NCBI GenBank assembly: GCA_036769985.1
Contig: DAIPKA010000004.1
Coordinates: forward strand, 161,096-225,095
Reading direction: 5' to 3'
DNA: 64,000 bases
Source of the DNA: Candidatus Hydrogenedentota bacterium
Lineage (GTDB): Bacteria; Hydrogenedentota; Hydrogenedentia; Hydrogenedentales; SLHB01
The translations under genes and the position numbers were made by a program. A model generated the notes under the pieces. That model ran no database searches. It saw nothing but the letters and a program-made list of their open reading frames with translations, and was not told where the DNA came from. Below are positions 19,375 to 27,640 of the stretch, in pieces; within the stretch, counting starts at the first letter, position 1; each line of letters begins with the position of its first letter.

Positions 19375-19656
19375 TCAGCTTTTCCTGAACATGCGGAGCA
19401 TGCGGTGCGTTACCACGAAGCCGCTCACCACATTCACCGTGGCCAGTATGACCGCCACGGCACCTAGAATGACGCTTCCGGCACGCACGGCGCCAGCCGT
19501 AGCCACCAACGCACCGAGCACGGTGCATCCCGACAGGGCGTTCATCCCCGACATGAGCGGCGTGTGAAGCAGCGGGGGAACGCGGCGCACGGCCCGAGTC
19601 CCGACCAGACCGGACACCACAAAAACCATCAACAACAGGAACGACTCCATGCTCAA
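19375..19656 (-). CDS. pntAB: NAD(P) transhydrogenase subunit alpha part 2 (membrane part).
   Basis: 93-aa three-TM protein lying between pntAA and pntB. This is the typical split-alpha arrangement. Confidence 0.85.
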   Translation of the reverse strand: MSMESFLLLMVFVVSGLVGTRAVRRVPPLLHTPLMSGMNALSGCTVLGALVATAGAVRAGSVILGAVAVILATVNVVSGFVVTHRMLRMFRKS

Positions 19657-20840
19657 CCCGCCGCAGCGTTGGCGCTCATGGCCTCCAGCGCGCCCTCGTG
19701 CACAATGCGCCCCCCCTCCGTAACGAGCGACGAAGCGATAATCTCATCGCTGCGCGCCACGCGCACGACACCCTCTTCAACCAGATATGAAACAAAACTG
19801 AAAATATTGTGGGAAAAGAGCCACGTCGCCGTCAACGGCACCATACCGGGAATATTCTTGATGCCTTCGATCGTGAGGCCGTGCCACTCGATGCACCGGC
19901 CGGGCTCCGTGACGGCACAGTTCCCTCCCTGGTCAATCGCCACGTCCACAATGACGGAACCGGGGGCCATGGCGGCCGCCATGGACTCCGTCACCAGGAC
20001 CGGCGCCACCTTGCCGGGAACCAGCGCCGCGAGGATCAACACATCGGCGCTCGCGACCGGACCGGCCAACGCAGCCTGTTCCTTGAGCAACCACTCCTTG
20101 GGCAAATGCCGGGCATAGCCGCCCTTGCCCTCCGCGAGCTCCGGCGGAATCCCGAGATCGACGACCTTCGCGCCCAGGCTCTTGGCATGCTCGCACGCCT
20201 CGGGTCGGATATCCGCCGCATCGACCACCGCCCCAAGCTTCTTGGCCGTCGCCAAGGCCTGGAGTCCCGCGACCCCGATACCGACCGCCAACACCCGGGC
20301 GGGACGCACCGTGCCCACCGCCGTGCCGACCATGGGCATGAACTTGGGCAGACGATCCGCGGCCATCAGCACCGCCTTGTACCCGGCCACCGTACTCATC
20401 GACGTCAGCGCATCCATGGACTGCGCCCGGGAAATCCTCGGCACCCCGTCCAACGTGAAGGCCGTTACATTGCGTTCCGCCAACAACCTCACCATAGGGT
20501 GGTTCGCAGGAGAGGCCGGGTGGAGGAACGCAATGAGGAACTGCCCCGCCCCCATCATCTCCACCTCGTGTTTCCCATGGCTCGCATTGAACAGGGGCTC
20601 CTTAACCTTCAGGACAAGACGCGCACCGGCATAGAGCCCCTCAACGTCGTGCACCATCTCGGCGCCGGCCTGTTCATAGCCCGAATCGGCCACACCAATG
20701 CCTTCACCCGCGCCACACTCCACAAGCACGCGCGCACCCTCCGCGACCATCTTCGTCACGGTCTCCGGAACCGCCGCCACGCGACGCTCTCCGTCCATAA
20801 TCTCCTTGGGAACGCCGATCGTGAGTCCTTGAAATCTCAT
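19653..20840 (-). CDS. pntAA: NAD(P) transhydrogenase subunit alpha part 1 (alanine dehydrogenase/PNT domain).
   Basis: IGVPKEIMDGERRVAAVPETV... and the Rossmann motif VLAVGIGVAGLQA. It overlaps pntAB by 4 nt. Confidence 0.92.
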   Translation of the reverse strand: MRFQGLTIGVPKEIMDGERRVAAVPETVTKMVAEGARVLVECGAGEGIGVADSGYEQAGAEMVHDVEGLYAGARLVLKVKEPLFNASHGKHEVEMMGAGQFLIAFLHPASPANHPMVRLLAERNVTAFTLDGVPRISRAQSMDALTSMSTVAGYKAVLMAADRLPKFMPMVGTAVGTVRPARVLAVGIGVAGLQALATAKKLGAVVDAADIRPEACEHAKSLGAKVVDLGIPPELAEGKGGYARHLPKEWLLKEQAALAGPVASADVLILAALVPGKVAPVLVTESMAAAMAPGSVIVDVAIDQGGNCAVTEPGRCIEWHGLTIEGIKNIPGMVPLTATWLFSHNIFSFVSYLVEEGVVRVARSDEIIASSLVTEGGRIVHEGALEAMSANAAAG

Positions 20841-20889
20841 CTGCCCCTCCTATGGGATGTCTTCCCGTTCAAACGACGAAACGTGAAGC

Positions 20890-21312
20890 CTATAGGTGGT
20901 AGTCGCCCGAAGCCTCCGGCTGATACACAATCTCCTCGATACACAAGCGGCTCTCACCCTTGGGTACCTTCAACGATACCACATCGCCCAGGCGACGCCC
21001 CAAAATCGCTGCGCCCACGGGAGCCGTCACCGAGATCCGATTCTCCGCGGGGGCGCTCTCGGAAGGATAGACGAGGGTCACGGTCATTTCCGTATTCGTG
21101 TCTACGTTTCGAAGGCGAACCGTGGAACGCATGGTGATCATATCCGACGGCACTTCCCCAGGATCAAGCGCGACGTCCGCGTCGTCGAGCGCCTTGGCCA
21201 ACCGCCGGACGTAATCTAAGTCACGCGTATCCGCTTGCTCCAAGAGCGACTCGAGACACCTCGCCAATCGTTGACGATCCTGGGCCGTGATCAATGCTGT
21301 TTCGTTTGCCAT
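20890..21312 (-). CDS. rnk: Rnk (regulator of nucleoside diphosphate kinase), GreA/GreB C-terminal-domain family.
   Basis: The C-terminus VPSDMITMRSTVRLRN...VYPSE...ISVTAPVGAAILGRRLGDVVSLKVP...EEIVYQPEASGDYHL parallels E. coli Rnk (HDVVTMNSRVKF...YQPEAAGDYLL). Confidence 0.8.
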   Translation of the reverse strand: MANETALITAQDRQRLARCLESLLEQADTRDLDYVRRLAKALDDADVALDPGEVPSDMITMRSTVRLRNVDTNTEMTVTLVYPSESAPAENRISVTAPVGAAILGRRLGDVVSLKVPKGESRLCIEEIVYQPEASGDYHL

Positions 21313-21363
21313 GTCAAGATCTCCGTTGGCTTCGATGGACCGGGGAAGCAAGGAATAGGGACC

Positions 21364-22458
21364 TCACAGGTGGTAGTCGCCGGCGGCCTCTGGCTGATAG
21401 AGAATCTGCTCGATCACACAGCGGCTGTTCTTTCCGGTACCGGGCACAGGAACCTGGAACACGTCTCCCGCTCGGCAACCCAGCATCGCTGTTCCGAGCG
21501 GACTCAGAATAGAGACGTTCTCCTTGTTGGCCTCGAGATCCTTCGGAAACACCAACCGGCACACGGTGTCGTAGCCGGTTTCCACATCAAGCACGCGAAC
21601 TCGCGAGTTCATCGTCACCACATCGGATGGCACCTCGGCGGGATTCGCTATCGTGCCTCCATCCAACTCGGCATCCAGCGCATCCAAGTAAACCTTGCAG
21701 GCGTCCCGCCCGAACACCCGCGCCACCTTGACCAGTTCCTTCAGCCGAGCGAGGTCGAACGACGTCAAGTATATCTTGCGCGAGGTCACCTCCCCGTCCG
21801 TTCTCGCGGCGGCACCTGAGCCAAGCCGGTCCGCACTAAAGCCGTCCAGAAGCACATCGCAGATCTGTCGCGCCACCTGTACGAACGAATCCGACTGTCG
21901 AGGGCCCGACCAGTACCCCATGAAAGTGCCGATGATGCCCTCCAGGCTGCGGGCCACACACAACTCCGAGCTGCTCTTCCGGCCCAACTCACGAAGGTAT
22001 CGGCCAAACAAACCCTCTACATTCCTGAGATACTGTTGGTAGAAACCATTGACGCGCGCGTCCAGTTGCTCCGGACTCGGCTCGATTCCCAGGTCCGGCG
22101 GATAGGAGAAGGTCTGGAAGAACAGCCGATCTTGACTGTAGTTGAGCAGGCGCAGCCGGATGAGGTCCTCGAATGCCTTCTTGGCGTTGTGCCTCACGGC
22201 GAAGACCTGATCGAGCCGGGCCTCCACGCGCTCTCCTATCCGCGTGATGACCTCCGAAAACAAGCTGAGCTTGTCACCGAAAAGGTTGTACAGCGATCCC
22301 ACCGAGTACCCCGCCTCTCGCGCAATATCCTCCATCGTCGCCTGACGATAACTCCGTTGCTGAAACACCCGCGCCGCGGCATCCAACACCATGTCATTCC
22401 GACGCGCCCGTTCTCGCTCTCTGCGCACCTTGGCAGAAGGCTGCACACCATTCAGCAT
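21364..22458 (-). CDS. TetR-family HTH domain fused to an Rnk/GreA-C-terminal domain (364 aa).
   Basis: The N-terminal ATMEDIAREAGYSVGSLYNLFGDK is a TetR HTH signature. The C-terminal 120 aa, VPSDVVTMNSRVRVLDV...LSPLGTAMLGCRAGDVFQVPVPG...IEQILYQPEAAGDYHL, is an Rnk domain. A GGGAGG RBS. Confidence 0.8.
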   Translation of the reverse strand: MLNGVQPSAKVRRERERARRNDMVLDAAARVFQQRSYRQATMEDIAREAGYSVGSLYNLFGDKLSLFSEVITRIGERVEARLDQVFAVRHNAKKAFEDLIRLRLLNYSQDRLFFQTFSYPPDLGIEPSPEQLDARVNGFYQQYLRNVEGLFGRYLRELGRKSSSELCVARSLEGIIGTFMGYWSGPRQSDSFVQVARQICDVLLDGFSADRLGSGAAARTDGEVTSRKIYLTSFDLARLKELVKVARVFGRDACKVYLDALDAELDGGTIANPAEVPSDVVTMNSRVRVLDVETGYDTVCRLVFPKDLEANKENVSILSPLGTAMLGCRAGDVFQVPVPGTGKNSRCVIEQILYQPEAAGDYHL

Positions 22459-22484
22459 GATCGACCTCCCGCATTCGTCGTTTC

Positions 22485-22518
22485 TGAACGATCAATTCAC
22501 ACTGTGAACCCTTGTTCA
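22485..22518. promoter_or_regulatory. Candidate TetR-type operator: the palindrome TGAACccttGTTCA plus an upstream TGAAC half-site.
   Basis: TGAAC at 22485-22489 and 22505-22509, and GTTCA at 22514-22518. They lie 30-60 nt upstream of the TetR::Rnk start codon. Confidence 0.35.
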
Positions 22519-23060
22519 TCCTAGCACAAGACCGACGATGTGTCAACAAGTACCCAAGAGAACACCAATCCACGCAGGCAGGCTCCTTTGCCGCTCGGAC
22601 AGCGCGATCATGGGGGAACCATTTCCCAGAACGGTCATTCACGTAAAACCGCTCCATTACCGGATCTCCGCCCGTGCAACGCTCGAGATGGGCCGTGTCC
22701 GTTGCGGGCAAGAACCCCCAAAGCTTCCGCCGTGCCAGGATGTCCGATCCCCGAACGCGACCACCGCCTCCGCGCTCCCCGCGGCCTCATTCCCCGCATC
22801 CCCAGCACCCCGTGAGTATCGAGCGCCACCGTATACGCCACACCAATCATCGTCAGCATAGTGCCACGGAAACGTATCTCGCCTCCTCGACTCATGGATG
22901 GCCCGGCTCCCTCGTGGCAAGGCCATATCACGCCATCAAGAACGCCTGCATCCACTGTCACACCGCCATGGCAGCGAGACGCGTCGCGCGAGCGCCTTCG
23001 AAACCCGGCCACGTGCAGGATCTGCGGTCGGGCGTTCTCCCCCTTGGGACACGCAAAGCA

Positions 23061-23258
23061 CTACTGCGTTCGCCAGTACCACACGCCTACCGATGCCGCG
23101 GCGAGAACCAACACTGCTGCGCAAAGAACCCACCAGTGCCGCCACCAAGGGATGTTATCGATTCGCTTGCCTTTGTGATTCCAGAGCACCGCCTCTTCGG
23201 GATAGTCGATCTTGAAAGCAGAACGAGGCAGCTCCATGTTCATCTGAGCCGCACTCAT
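23061..23258 (-). CDS. Possible small membrane protein (65 aa, Trp-rich C-terminal TM segment).
   Basis: WWRHWWVLCAAVLVLAAASVGVWYW is a hydrophobic segment. No good RBS; divergent from the FGE gene. Confidence 0.2.
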   Translation of the reverse strand: MSAAQMNMELPRSAFKIDYPEEAVLWNHKGKRIDNIPWWRHWWVLCAAVLVLAAASVGVWYWRTQ

Positions 23259-23346
23259 TCCCTGCGGGTGCCTACCTCGCGACGACGCTTTGTCCTCTCA
23301 AGGCGGATTGGTATACTCGTAGACGAGACTGAGGAGGAGCTCGGAC

Positions 23347-24075
23347 ATGATCGAAAGAATGAGGCTCCCAGCGTTGTGGCGGGCGCTATTCGTCATCGCC
23401 CTGGTTAGCTGGGCAATTCCTACCGCTACGGGAGAGGACACCGCGCCTACACCGCCGCCCGGTATGGTGTATGTGCCGGCCGGCGCATTCATCATGGGCA
23501 GCGAGGCCGGCGACGCCGACGAGCGGCCCAAGCACATCGCCGAAACGGGCGCGTACTTCATTGATCGGTTCGAAGTGAGCAACGCCGAGTTCAAACGCTA
23601 CGACGCGACCTTTGCGTACAAGGAAGACCAGGACAACCATCCGGCGATCGTGACGTGGGAGCAGGCCGCCGCCTACGCCGCGTGGGCCGGCAAGCGTCTC
23701 CCTACGGAGAAGGAATGGGAGAAGGCCGCCCGAGGTATCGACGGCCGGTCCTTTCCCTGGGGCGAATCCTACGATCCCTCCTTCCATGCCTGGGACGAAA
23801 CGTACCCGCGCGGCGGCGCGCAGGCGTGTCCCGAGAGCCCCTACGGCTGCATCGATATGGCCGGCGGCGCCTGGGAATGGACCGCTGACTGGTACCAACC
23901 CTATCCCGGTAACAACGTTCCCTCCGGGGCCTACGGCCAGCAGTACAGAGTCCTCCGCGGCGGAGCAAGCTTCAACGACCAAGCCATGGTGCGCACGACC
24001 CACCGCTACTACCTCCCGCCCAACACGACCGGCGGATACTACGTCGGCTTCCGCTGCATTCAGGATGCGAGGTGA
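23347..24075 (+). CDS. Secreted FGE-sulfatase (SUMF1-like) domain protein.
   Basis: Signal peptide followed by MVYVPAGAFIMGS, RLPTEKEWEKAARG, GGAWEWTADWY, RVLRGGASF and VGFRCI. Confidence 0.88.
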   Translation: MIERMRLPALWRALFVIALVSWAIPTATGEDTAPTPPPGMVYVPAGAFIMGSEAGDADERPKHIAETGAYFIDRFEVSNAEFKRYDATFAYKEDQDNHPAIVTWEQAAAYAAWAGKRLPTEKEWEKAARGIDGRSFPWGESYDPSFHAWDETYPRGGAQACPESPYGCIDMAGGAWEWTADWYQPYPGNNVPSGAYGQQYRVLRGGASFNDQAMVRTTHRYYLPPNTTGGYYVGFRCIQDAR

Positions 24076-24169
24076 GGCTGGAGACGCTGGACGGGAGACA
24101 GGTATAATTCCTCCGTCCGCGGTGCACGCGGCGCAGAAGTCTCCACCGAAAGGACAAGCGTAGCCTCCC

Positions 24170-26086
24170 ATGCACAATGACACGACGTTGGCACGTCTCG
24201 ACGAGTTCCGGACCGAGTATCCCATGAAGTTCGCCTCCGAAGAGGAGGTCTTTAGCCACATTCACCCCGGTGACCGGATCTTTATCGGTACCGGCTGCGG
24301 CGAGCCCCAGTACCTGGTTCGGGCGCTCGTGAGCTTCGTCGAAGCCCATCCGAAGGCCTTTTTCGACGCCGAAGTGATGCACGTGTGGACGCTGGATCTC
24401 GCGCCGTACACCGAGGAGAAATTCAAGTCGAACTTCCGCCACAACTCCTTCTTCATCGGCCGCCAGACAAGAGGCGCGGTCAACCAAGGCGCCGCGGACT
24501 ACACGCCCGTGTTCCTGTCCCATGTTCCGAGACTCTTCTACGACGGCCGTGTGCCGATCGACGTAGCGCTCGTCCAGATGTCCCCGCCCGACGAGCACGG
24601 CTACATGAGCCTCGGCATCAGTGTGGACATCGTGAAGGCCGCCGTCGAGAGCGCTACGCTGGTCATCGCGCAAACCAACGCTCACATGCCGCGCGTGTTG
24701 GGCGACACGTTCTTCCATATCCGCGACATCGACTACATCATCCCCTATGACGAGCCGCTGCTCACCTACGGCAACGAAGTATCAAGCGATACCGCCAACC
24801 GGATCGGAAAATACGTCGCCCGGATCATCCAGGATGGGGACACCATCCAGGTCGGCTACGGCAGCATTCCGAACGCCATTATGGCCAACCTCAGCGACCG
24901 CCGCGACCTCGGCGTGCACACCGAGTTGCTCAGCGACGGACTCGTAGATCTGATCCGCAAGGGCGTGATCACCAATGCCAAGAAGACCGTGAATCGAGGC
25001 AAGACGGTGGCGGCATTCTGCATGGGCAGCGCCTCGACGTACGAATTCATCGACAACAATCCCGGCATCGAGTTCCGCCCGGTCGACTACACGAATAACC
25101 CCCTCACGATCGCGCGCCAAGTCAACATGACCGCGATCAACAGCGTCCTCGAGATGGACCTCACCGGCGAGGCGACGGCGGAATCCATCGGCAAGACCTT
25201 CTATAGCGGCATCGGCGGCCAAGCGGACTTCATGCGCGGCGCCATCATGGCCCCGGGCGGGAAAACGATCATCGCCATGCAGTCCACCGCCGAGAACGAG
25301 TCCGTCTCCCGCATCGTGCCCTTCCTCGCCGAGGGCGCCGGTGCCACCCTCAATCGAGGCGATGTCCATTATGTCGTCACCGAGTTCGGCATCGCGTACC
25401 TCCACGGCAAGAACGTTCGCGAGCGCGCCATGGATCTCATCTCCATCGCCCATCCCAAGTTCCGCCCATGGCTCATCGACGAAGCCAAGAAACTCCGCCT
25501 AATCTACGCCGACCAAGCCTTCATCCCCGGCGAACCGGGCCTCTATCCCGAGCATCTCGAACGCGAGCGCACAACATCGAGCGGCATGCACGTCCTGCTG
25601 CGCCCCGTCAAGATCAGCGACGAACCGTTGCTCAAGGACTTCTTCTACGACCTCTCCGACAAGAGCATCTACCGACGGTTCATGTCCCTCCGCAAACACA
25701 TGCCCCACGAGCGGCTTCAGGAATTCGTCGTCATCGACTACACCAAGGAGATCGTCATCCTCGCCTCCGTCCACGACGAGGGCGGCCGGGAAGAAGTCGT
25801 CGGCATCGGCCAGTACAGCATTGTCGAGGGCACGCACTCCGCGGATGTCGCCTTCGTCATCTCCGACTCCTATCAGAACCGAGGCATCGGATTCGAACTG
25901 CTCAAGTACCTCGCGTACTTGGCCAAGGGCAAAGGCATCCTGGCGTTCACGGCCGATGTGCTCACGGAGAACGTGCCGATGCTCCGCGTGTTCGAAAAGC
26001 TCTCGCCCGATATACACCGGCGCATCGAGGGCGGCGCCGTCGAGCTCCACATCCCCCTATCCTCGAGCAGCGACTACAGCGGATAG
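24170..26086 (+). CDS. Acetyl-CoA hydrolase/transferase family domain fused to a C-terminal GNAT acetyltransferase.
   Basis: N-terminal two-thirds is the CoA-transferase fold (HPGDRIFIGTGCGEPQ, DVALVQMSPPDEHGYMSLG, GIGGQADF). The C-terminal 170 aa is GNAT (QNRGIGFELLKYLAYLA). It is a paralog of 32224-34104. Confidence 0.88.
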   Translation: MHNDTTLARLDEFRTEYPMKFASEEEVFSHIHPGDRIFIGTGCGEPQYLVRALVSFVEAHPKAFFDAEVMHVWTLDLAPYTEEKFKSNFRHNSFFIGRQTRGAVNQGAADYTPVFLSHVPRLFYDGRVPIDVALVQMSPPDEHGYMSLGISVDIVKAAVESATLVIAQTNAHMPRVLGDTFFHIRDIDYIIPYDEPLLTYGNEVSSDTANRIGKYVARIIQDGDTIQVGYGSIPNAIMANLSDRRDLGVHTELLSDGLVDLIRKGVITNAKKTVNRGKTVAAFCMGSASTYEFIDNNPGIEFRPVDYTNNPLTIARQVNMTAINSVLEMDLTGEATAESIGKTFYSGIGGQADFMRGAIMAPGGKTIIAMQSTAENESVSRIVPFLAEGAGATLNRGDVHYVVTEFGIAYLHGKNVRERAMDLISIAHPKFRPWLIDEAKKLRLIYADQAFIPGEPGLYPEHLERERTTSSGMHVLLRPVKISDEPLLKDFFYDLSDKSIYRRFMSLRKHMPHERLQEFVVIDYTKEIVILASVHDEGGREEVVGIGQYSIVEGTHSADVAFVISDSYQNRGIGFELLKYLAYLAKGKGILAFTADVLTENVPMLRVFEKLSPDIHRRIEGGAVELHIPLSSSSDYSG

Positions 26087-26116
26087 CGGCGGATCCTGGC
26101 CTGACTCAACGCGCAA

Positions 26117-26155
26117 CAGCCAGCCGGCAAACGACGGCCGGCTGGCTGTTCAGTA
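26117..26155. terminator. Stem-loop between convergent genes (CAGCCAGCCGGC-aaacgac-GCCGGCTGGCTG).
   Basis: A perfect 12-bp inverted repeat lying between the stop of the CoAT::GNAT gene (26086) and the stop of the MFS gene (26174). Confidence 0.45.
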
Positions 26156-26173
26156 CTCCATCTGGAATCGACG

Positions 26174-27562
26174 TCACGCCTGGCGCGCGCTCGGCGGCCG
26201 CAGAATGAGTGACATTGCGCCGGCCGCCAGGCAGGCAATGCCGGCCACGAAGAAAGCCATCCGGTAGTTGCCCAACTCGAAGGTCTTGGTAACAACCTGA
26301 CCGGCGGCATCCTTGGCCTCGTAAGGAATCTTGTCCACAACCTTCATCAGCTTCGCGGCCAGCAATGGCCCAACGATTCCCCCCGCGCCGTAAGCAGTGA
26401 ACATCCACCCATAGTTCACCCCGATATGCTTCGTGCCGTAGAAGTCCGCCGTGATGGCCGGATAAAGCGCAAGGTATCCACCGAAACACAGGCCGACAAT
26501 CGCCGTGCCCGCCAGATACAGCGGGTACGACCGCAGCCAGTCGAGCCCGAGCATGGCAACGCCACAGAGTACGAACATGAGCACCAGCGTGTTCTTGCGC
26601 CCGAGACTATCCGAGATCTTGCCCCAGAGAATGCGCCCAAACGAGTTGAAAATGGCCAGTATCGAAACCGCCATCGCGGCCGCGGCCCCAATCGCCCCGA
26701 AATCGGAGGCGGAGATCGGCGGCGTCAGCGCAGCAATACTGAACGACTGCCAGATGGGCGAGGCCTTCATAATGACCTGAAGCCCCGCGGTGCATCCCGC
26801 GAAGTAGGTCAGCCACAGCAGCCAGAACACCGGCGTCTTGAGCATTTCACTCGGCGTCAAATCGGCCTTGACACTCTTGGCGCCGGCCGCGGGCCGAGGC
26901 GGAGTCCAACCAGCGGGAACATAGCCCACCGGCGGGTTCTTCAGCAGTTGGGACCCCAAGACTACCGCCACCAGGAAGATCACCCCCAACACCATGAACG
27001 TGTTGAACACGCCAATGCCCGGCAGAGGAAACAGACTCATGCCCAGCAGTTGGTACTTGCCGCCGGTGACCAGCGCTTTGGCCAGCGGCGCGAAAAAGAA
27101 CGCACCCGCGCCGAATCCCGCCACTGCCAGGCCCGTGATCAGGCCTCGCTTGTCGGGAAACCACTTGACGCAGGTCGCAATGGGGCACACGTACGCCGCG
27201 CCGATACCGACCCCCCCCAAGACCGAGAACGTCAAGAGCAGCCAATACAGGGCCAGGTTCGACGGCACACTGCCCGTGAAACGAGCCAGAATGAGCCCCA
27301 ACCCGAGGATGATCCCTCCCGCCGTGCCCACGATACGCGGCCCGAGCTTGTCCTGAATGCGGCCCCCGAAGATGACCGCCAGCGCGAAACTCGCCAAGAC
27401 CAACTGCGCGGGATAGGTGACCTGGGTGACCGTCCAGTCGGGAAACGCAGCCTGAAGAGGCGTCTGGAAAACGCTCCAGATATACACGGCGCCCAAACTG
27501 ACTTGGATCACCAAGGCGCCTGCGACCACCCACCAACGATTCATGACCTTCTCTTGCGCCAT
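26174..27562 (-). CDS. MFS transporter, oxalate/formate antiporter (OFA)-like family.
   Basis: 12 predicted TM segments and MFS-like loops. A GGAGGAGA RBS precedes the ATG at 27562; the track ORF extends to 27628. Confidence 0.85.
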   Translation of the reverse strand: MAQEKVMNRWWVVAGALVIQVSLGAVYIWSVFQTPLQAAFPDWTVTQVTYPAQLVLASFALAVIFGGRIQDKLGPRIVGTAGGIILGLGLILARFTGSVPSNLALYWLLLTFSVLGGVGIGAAYVCPIATCVKWFPDKRGLITGLAVAGFGAGAFFFAPLAKALVTGGKYQLLGMSLFPLPGIGVFNTFMVLGVIFLVAVVLGSQLLKNPPVGYVPAGWTPPRPAAGAKSVKADLTPSEMLKTPVFWLLWLTYFAGCTAGLQVIMKASPIWQSFSIAALTPPISASDFGAIGAAAAMAVSILAIFNSFGRILWGKISDSLGRKNTLVLMFVLCGVAMLGLDWLRSYPLYLAGTAIVGLCFGGYLALYPAITADFYGTKHIGVNYGWMFTAYGAGGIVGPLLAAKLMKVVDKIPYEAKDAAGQVVTKTFELGNYRMAFFVAGIACLAAGAMSLILRPPSARQA

Positions 27563-27640
27563 ATCGACGTCTCCTCCCTTGACGTGAAGAGGCCGGGCGC
27601 GCTGAGCGCGCCCGGCTTTTCTATCCACTCTGCATTCATG

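Noticed and set aside
22538-23408. Pro/Arg-rich ORFs of 107-244 aa in the 22.5-23.4 kb gap.
   Set aside because: Low-complexity composition, no RBS, and they overlap the FGE start. Likely non-coding.
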